From: an uncultured archaeon
GTDB lineage: Archaea; Asgardarchaeota; Lokiarchaeia; Sigyniarchaeales; SOKP01
Length of the DNA: 64,000 nt
Direction of reading: 5' to 3'
NCBI GenBank assembly: GCA_964508365.1
Contig: CAZDTP010000013.1
Location: 1,669-65,668, forward strand
Part shown: positions 58,233 through 64,000 of the stretch, piece by piece
How the letters are laid out: each line of letters opens with the position of its first letter
Position numbering within the stretch: the stretch's first letter is position 1
Translations under genes and position numbers: made by a program
The notes under the pieces: model-generated
What the model was told of the DNA's origin: nothing
The model's database searches: none
Seen by the model: the letters and a program-made list of their open reading frames with translations, nothing else

Positions 58233-60500
58233 TTACTTTGTTTTATCTAAATCTTGTTCTCTTGGAATCGAAAAGAAAAATGTCGAGCCTTTTTCAAGTT
58301 TAGATTCAACCCATAACTTTCCTCCGTGACGTTGGATTATTTTTTTACATACTGCTAATCCTATTCCAGTTCCGGGATACTCTCCTTTTGTATGTAGACG
58401 TTGAAATATTATGAATATGCGTTCAAAGTTTTTTGAATCGATACCAATCCCATTATCTTGAACTGTGAAAAGCCATTCATTATTTTTCGTCTCTCCTGAA
58501 ATTTTAATCTTAGGAGGCTCCGATCTCTTAAATTTAATTGCATTAGCAATTAAGTTTTGAAAAAGCTGTATCATTTGGGTTTCGTCAGCGATAATAACTG
58601 GTAAGGGTTCGCTCGTAATTACCGCATTAGAATCGCTTACAGATTCCCGTAAAATATTCAAGACTACTTCTAAGATAATATTCATATCTGTTGGTTTAAA
58701 TACCTTTCCTCGAGTTCCAACTCTGGAGAACATTAATAAATCGTTAATTAGATTTTGCATTCTGGTCGCACCATCGACAATAAAATCGATAAAGTCATGC
58801 GCCTCTTTATCCAGGATATCCTTATAGCGTTTTTGAAGTAATTTAGCAAATCCTGAAACCATTCGAAGCGGTTCATGAAGATCGTGTGAAGCGATGTAGG
58901 CAAATACCTCAAGTTCTGCATTAGAGCGCTTAATTTCTTCTAAAGCTTTAGCTATTTCCTCTTCCGCTTTCTTACGGTGGGTGATATCAATAAACGAAGC
59001 TAGCACAGATATAGGATTAGAATACATATCATAAATCATACTTGCTGAAAGTTGGACATAAAATATTGAGCCGTCCTTTTTCTGAGCACTGAGTTCACCA
59101 TCCCAATTTCCAATTTTTTGAATGTGGGCAATTATTTCGTTAACTTTCTCTTTTGGTTGCCAAAACACTCTACTATTTTTGCCTAAAATTTCTGTATCGG
59201 TTGAATAACCCCAAAATTTAAGAAATGAAGGATTCACATAAGTTAAAACTCCTTTTAAGTTGGTAATAGCAATAGCGTTAATGGACGATCTTATCGCAGA
59301 TTCTTTGATCCTTAATTCCTGTTCAAATTGTTTGCGCTCAGTGATGTCTATTACAATTGAACGAGATTCAATAGTGTTACCTTTAGCATCCAATACTGGT
59401 TTCGAAGACATACTTATCCAGATGTGATTGCCATTTTTAGTTTTCATTAGGAGTTCTTCATCATAAATCTCCTCACCGCTCAAAAACCTGTTAAAAACGC
59501 CTATCGCTTTTTCTATACCATTTTTTGTATCAGCGTATAAATCAAAAACAGTCATGTGTAATAATTCTTCTTTAGAATAGTTCAGAAGTCTCTCCGCTGC
59601 TTTGTTGCATCTTTTAATTGATTTATCGGGACCAATTGAGAAATAAGCGTGGGGAGCCTCTTCAAATAACTCTCGATATTTTTCTTCTGATTCTTGTAAT
59701 TGATCCTGTATTACCTTTATATCTGTTATATCTCTTCCAACAACTAACGATTTTTTAGAGCCGTTTTTATCATAATATGTTTTTCCTCTAAATTCAAACC
59801 ATATATAATGCCCTTTTTCATGCTTATATCGTATATGTAGTTTATAAGGCCCCCCTTTATATCCCTCTCTAATGGCCGACCCAAGAATCTTACGATCATC
59901 TTGATGAATTATGGAAAATAAAAAATCCTGTTTCCAAAAAAGATGAGCAGAATACCCTAGAATTCTTTCATGAGTTTCCCCATTAACATATTCTATTTCC
60001 ATCTTTTCATTATAAGCTAATATTAAATCATCGGAACCTTCAGATATTAATCTATATTTCTCTTCAGATTCTTTTAAGCGTTTTTCTGACAATATTCGGT
60101 CAGTTATATCTCTTGAGATTGTTATTACTTTTAATAGACCATCAGAATTTTTAAAGACTGATGCTTTAGTTTCTACCCAAATATATTTTCCATTTTTGTG
60201 TCGAAGCTTTAATTCCCCAGTTGATCCGCCCTTTTTAAAACCTCGTCTTAATATGTTGTGAGATATTTTATAATCTTCTGGATTAATAATATCATAATGT
60301 GCTTTCCCCAATATATCCTCGTTAGAATAGCCTAGAATTTTTTGATAAGCTTTTTCATTTATATATTCATATTCAAATTTATTATTTAAAACAGCAAATA
60401 AATCATTTGCATTCTCAGAAATAAGGCGATATTTTTCCTCAGATTCTATTAATTTTTGTTCCTTTTTTTTAACTATATTACTCTCCATCTTAAATTTCAA
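58233..60500 (-). CDS. Multi-PAS (four) sensor histidine kinase
   Basis: Repeated ESEEKYR-LISE PAS starts; SHDLHEPLR, NAIKF, DNGIGI, GTGIGL; likely start ATG near 60488. Confidence 0.92.
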   Translation of the reverse strand: MKFKMESNIVKKKEQKLIESEEKYRLISENANDLFAVLNNKFEYEYINEKAYQKILGYSNEDILGKAHYDIINPEDYKISHNILRRGFKKGGSTGELKLRHKNGKYIWVETKASVFKNSDGLLKVITISRDITDRILSEKRLKESEEKYRLISEGSDDLILAYNEKMEIEYVNGETHERILGYSAHLFWKQDFLFSIIHQDDRKILGSAIREGYKGGPYKLHIRYKHEKGHYIWFEFRGKTYYDKNGSKKSLVVGRDITDIKVIQDQLQESEEKYRELFEEAPHAYFSIGPDKSIKRCNKAAERLLNYSKEELLHMTVFDLYADTKNGIEKAIGVFNRFLSGEEIYDEELLMKTKNGNHIWISMSSKPVLDAKGNTIESRSIVIDITERKQFEQELRIKESAIRSSINAIAITNLKGVLTYVNPSFLKFWGYSTDTEILGKNSRVFWQPKEKVNEIIAHIQKIGNWDGELSAQKKDGSIFYVQLSASMIYDMYSNPISVLASFIDITHRKKAEEEIAKALEEIKRSNAELEVFAYIASHDLHEPLRMVSGFAKLLQKRYKDILDKEAHDFIDFIVDGATRMQNLINDLLMFSRVGTRGKVFKPTDMNIILEVVLNILRESVSDSNAVITSEPLPVIIADETQMIQLFQNLIANAIKFKRSEPPKIKISGETKNNEWLFTVQDNGIGIDSKNFERIFIIFQRLHTKGEYPGTGIGLAVCKKIIQRHGGKLWVESKLEKGSTFFFSIPREQDLDKTK

Positions 60501-60594
60501 GCCCCCTCATTTCTTACGATTTTCTTCAATATCTTACCTTTTATAATTTTTGAAATTAATATTTCGTTCTCATCATTTAATTACTCATAATAAT

Positions 60595-61062
60595 TCATTG
60601 AGAATTTTTATTTGGTGGTAGTTTAACAATGGAAAACCAAAAAGCATCAATAGATTTTACAACTTTGATAAATTGCTCCATATCAACAGGTTTGGTGATA
60701 TAACAATTCGCATGGAGCTCATATGTTTTGATAATGTCCTCTTCTGCGTTAGATACTGTAAGAATTACTACAGGAATTTGTTTAAGATGTATATCCTGCT
60801 TTATTTCAGCCAACACTTCACGACCATTTTTCTTTGGCAAATTTATATCTAAGAGGATCAGGTCTGGACGTTTCACGCCCTTAAAATTCCCTTTTTTTCT
60901 TAAATAAGCTAAGGCTTCTATACCATCTTCGACTACATTAAGATTATTAATAATTTTAGCTTCTTTCATAGCTTCTTTTGTTAAACGAATGTCACCAAGA
61001 TTATCTTCTACCAGTAAAATCTCAACCTGTTTAATTTTTTTGTTAATATTCATTTTTTTCAC
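60595..61062 (-). CDS. Single-domain response regulator (Rcp1-like)
   Basis: LVEDNLGD, PDLILLDINLPKKNG, LTVS, ANCYITKP. Confidence 0.92.
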   Translation of the reverse strand: MKKMNINKKIKQVEILLVEDNLGDIRLTKEAMKEAKIINNLNVVEDGIEALAYLRKKGNFKGVKRPDLILLDINLPKKNGREVLAEIKQDIHLKQIPVVILTVSNAEEDIIKTYELHANCYITKPVDMEQFIKVVKSIDAFWFSIVKLPPNKNSQ

Positions 61063-61198
61063 ATATTTATTTTCTTTTATAACAATACTCTATTTAATTT
61101 CAGATGTGGCTTAGTTATTTTTACTCATTTCTCATATAGGATTTAACAAATTTATTAATATTTCAAGTAATGACATTTTAATTTGTTGAAATTTATTG

Positions 61199-63484
61199 TT
61201 AAAATTCATAATTTCTGACTGACTTTTTCGGGATTGAAAAATAAAAAGTGGAACCTTTTCCCACTTCTGATTCCACCCAAATCTTACCATCATGACGTTC
61301 AATTATCTTTTTACATATAGCCAATCCTATCCCAGTACCTTCATATTCCTCTTTTTTATGTAAACGCTGAAAAATAATAAAAATCCGATCGAAAAATTGG
61401 GAATCAATCCCAATTCCATTGTCGCGAACGGAAAATATCCACTGGTTTTTTTGAAGCTTTGCAGAAATATGCACAACTGGGGTTTCCTCCTTCCTATGGA
61501 ATTTTATAGCATTATAAATTAGATTTTGAAGTAATTGTACAAATTCTGCTTTATTTCCAATTAGTATGGGTAGAGGATCGTGAGTAATTTTTGCATTAGT
61601 TTCTTCAATTTTTATTCTAAAGTTACTAATAACATCTTCTAGGATGATATTTACATCAAGCTGACTAAATTCCTTTTCTTTTCTCCCAATTCGCGAATAA
61701 AATAATAGATCTGTTATCATTAATTGCATTCTTTTTGCTCCTTCTACGATAAAAGTGATAAACTCATTAGCATCTTCATCTAATTTGTCTTTATAACGTT
61801 TCTCAAGCAATTGTATAAAACTTGTAATCATTCGAAGTGGTTCTTGTAGATCGTGAGAAGCTACATAAGCAAATCTTTCGAGTTCACTATTTACTTCTTT
61901 CAAATTTTCTAGAGTTGAAAGGAGATCCTGTTCACCCTTCTTAAGCTCAGTAATATCGTCCCCGGAACTTAGGGTTCCAATTATTTCTCCGTTATTATCA
62001 TATAATAAAGAGCTATGCCAAGCAATTATTATTTCCTCCCCACTTTTAGTTAAAATAGAGTTTTCATAAAATTCCGTATTTTCAGTTTCATTCCGCATTA
62101 AATTTTTAAAAATTTCATATATTTCTTTAGGATTTTCTTTAGGGATATAGATATCAAACCAATTTCTGCCTATTAATTCACCTTCGGTATATTGTAATAT
62201 CTCGTAACCTTTTTTATTTAACATCACTATATTACCCCTTTTATCAAGAACAACGAGAATTACACCAGCAATGTCAAGATATTTTTTTATCTTTTCAGTT
62301 TCTTCGATTAATTTTAGTTCCACTTTCTTACGCTCAGTAAAATCTTGGTTGATCGTTACAACTCCTTGAATTTTTTCCATATTATCCCTAATTAAAGTTG
62401 AGGATGAAAATATGTTAATTAAAGTATTATCCCTCTTTTTCTGATTGATTTCACCCTTCCAAAATCCATTTTCAAAAATCTGTTCATTAACTTCCCCTTT
62501 TTGAGCGTAAGGGTATTCTTCTGGAATTATTTCTGGCAGTGATTTACCAATTACCTCGTCTGAATTCCAACCATACATATTTTCTGCTGCTTTGTTCCAT
62601 GATTTAATCTTAAGATTTTTATCCGTGGATATTATAGCATCTGAAACGTTCTCCACAAGTAGTGCCTGATATGCCAATTCTTGCTCTAATTTCTTTTTCG
62701 AGGTAATGAGACGTTGTTTTTCAAACACAGTACTGATTTTATTTAGGATATCATCTATTTCCAGTGGTTTCATAATATAGGCCGATGCTCCTTCGTTTAA
62801 AGCCCGTATCACGGTTTCAAGAGAACTATAGGCGGTCATCATCATCGTTTCCATATCAGGATGCATTTTTTTCAACGGTACAAGTAGCTCTATCCCTTCA
62901 ACATCGGGAAGCTTAATGTCCAGAAGAACCAAATTAAAACTGTTATTCCGAGCTATCTCTAACGCTTCATATCCAGTTCCTGCTGTTTGTACATTATAAC
63001 CTTTTTTATTAAATATTAATGCCAATGTCTTACAAGTGTTTTCATCGTCATCAACAATCAATATATTCTCATTTGTGGTAATATCATTACTTTTTTGACT
63101 CTGTTTCTTAAATTTCTGCTCTTCTATAAAAACACGGATTGCATTTAAACTATCATCCATTTTAAGGGGTTTGGTGATATAGGAAGACGCACCGTGATTA
63201 AGAGCATATATCGCAGTTTCTAAAGTACCCATCTCCGTGATCATCATTATATCCATAAAAGGACGAGTTTTTTTCAAAGGTCCAAGTAGCTCTACGCCTT
63301 CTATATCAGGAAGCTTGACATCTAAGATAGCCAGATTGAAATCTCTTTTCTTTACCTTCTCTAGCGCCTCATGACCTGTTCCTACTGTTTCTACCTCATA
63401 CCCTTGCTTTTTAAATATGAGTGCCAATGTTTTACAAGTACTTTCATCTTCATCAATTATTATAATACGTTCTTTAGATTCCAA
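61199..63484 (-). CDS. Hybrid REC-REC-PAS-PAS-histidine kinase
   Basis: Two REC domains (LDVKLPD, LDIKLPD), two PAS, SHDLQEPLR, NAIKF, GTGIGL. Confidence 0.92.
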   Translation of the reverse strand: MESKERIIIIDEDESTCKTLALIFKKQGYEVETVGTGHEALEKVKKRDFNLAILDVKLPDIEGVELLGPLKKTRPFMDIMMITEMGTLETAIYALNHGASSYITKPLKMDDSLNAIRVFIEEQKFKKQSQKSNDITTNENILIVDDDENTCKTLALIFNKKGYNVQTAGTGYEALEIARNNSFNLVLLDIKLPDVEGIELLVPLKKMHPDMETMMMTAYSSLETVIRALNEGASAYIMKPLEIDDILNKISTVFEKQRLITSKKKLEQELAYQALLVENVSDAIISTDKNLKIKSWNKAAENMYGWNSDEVIGKSLPEIIPEEYPYAQKGEVNEQIFENGFWKGEINQKKRDNTLINIFSSSTLIRDNMEKIQGVVTINQDFTERKKVELKLIEETEKIKKYLDIAGVILVVLDKRGNIVMLNKKGYEILQYTEGELIGRNWFDIYIPKENPKEIYEIFKNLMRNETENTEFYENSILTKSGEEIIIAWHSSLLYDNNGEIIGTLSSGDDITELKKGEQDLLSTLENLKEVNSELERFAYVASHDLQEPLRMITSFIQLLEKRYKDKLDEDANEFITFIVEGAKRMQLMITDLLFYSRIGRKEKEFSQLDVNIILEDVISNFRIKIEETNAKITHDPLPILIGNKAEFVQLLQNLIYNAIKFHRKEETPVVHISAKLQKNQWIFSVRDNGIGIDSQFFDRIFIIFQRLHKKEEYEGTGIGLAICKKIIERHDGKIWVESEVGKGSTFYFSIPKKSVRNYEF

Positions 63485-63515
63485 TTCTTGTTTTCCTCCA
63501 GAGAGATTCTGCTTT

Positions 63516-64000
63516 TTATTTTTTCTTTAAAACTTCGTTAATTAATACAAGCATATCTTCGATATTTATTGGTTTATTAAGACACGTATAAGCGCTATTA
63601 TCCATAGCATCTTGGACTAACTCCTCCATTTCCTGAGAGTACGCAGTAATCATAATCGCTACTATTTTAGGATTTATCTTTTTAAGTGCTAAAAAAGTTT
63701 CCAGACCGTTTAAGGTCGGTAACTTCATGTCGATAAAAATAAGATCAAATGGTTTCTCCAACACTTTTTTAATGGCATCCTCACCGGTATTAGAAATACC
63801 CACTTCATAACCCTTCTTGATGAGAATATTTTTTAATGTACTACAAGTCCCTGGATCGTCGTCAACGATCAAAATTAATCCCCCCTGTTTAGTATCTTTG
63901 GAATTTTCGATAAGAGAGAGGATATTTTCAAAATTTAAGGGTTTATATATGACTCCATATGCTCCTTCCTTAAGTGCGTCTTGAATTAAATCTTCAACAG
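63516..64000 (-). CDS. Multi-receiver response regulator, 3' part (continues beyond the window)
   Basis: The frame is open from 63998: VEDLIQDALKEGAYGVIYKPLNFENILSLIENSKDTKQGGLILIVDDD..., i.e. the end of one REC followed by a complete REC (FIDMKLP, CLNKP). Confidence 0.88.
   Translation of the reverse strand, partial: VEDLIQDALKEGAYGVIYKPLNFENILSLIENSKDTKQGGLILIVDDDPGTCSTLKNILIKKGYEVGISNTGEDAIKKVLEKPFDLIFIDMKLPTLNGLETFLALKKINPKIVAIMITAYSQEMEELVQDAMDNSAYTCLNKPINIEDMLVLINEVLKKK

Noticed and set aside
1-64000. CRISPR array, rRNA, transposase/integrase, restriction endonuclease
   Set aside because: No regularly spaced repeats, rRNA-like segments or recognisable DDE, tyrosine-recombinase or PD-(D/E)xK motifs were seen by eye

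Overview
AT-rich archaeal DNA, most consistent with Asgard archaea (Lokiarchaeia/Promethearchaeota). The basis is Rab- and Rag-like small GTPases, roadblock and longin-like domains, a gelsolin-like protein, an intron-containing tRNA-Leu and GGTGA-type RBSs. Main blocks: (i) kinase-like protein, DUF166, a P1B ATPase, tRNA-Leu(CAG), a hydrolase, a gelsolin-like protein and a DedA/VTT protein (1-8 kb); (ii) two divergent non-pyrrolysine MttB-family methyltransferases, a corrinoid protein, a divergent PLP gamma-lyase and a GPH transporter (8-14.6 kb); (iii) tandem 7TM-longin proteins, TrmO, two orphan DNA methyltransferases, a roadblock-Rab fusion, a Rag-like GTPase and a SelB-like protein (15-26 kb); (iv) NPP phosphodiesterase, GH38 mannosidase and HD hydrolase; (v) a roughly 15 kb isoprenoid supercluster with the archaeal modified mevalonate route, GGPP synthase, GGR, an HMG-CoA synthase-DUF35 fusion and a cis-prenyltransferase (31.5-46.2 kb); (vi) a solenoid protein-GCS2 ligase-amidohydrolase operon; (vii) a Rab, truncated Rag and longin block; (viii) a REC/PAS/histidine kinase cluster (54.6-64 kb). 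The most striking observation is a 30-nt hairpin insertion carrying an in-frame TAG that splits the catalytic DG-NRRW motif of an otherwise intact uppS. Its spacing fits a relaxed bulge-helix-bulge, so it is a candidate tRNA-type micro-intron in an Asgard protein-coding gene. All product calls come from motif recognition by eye; no database searches were run.
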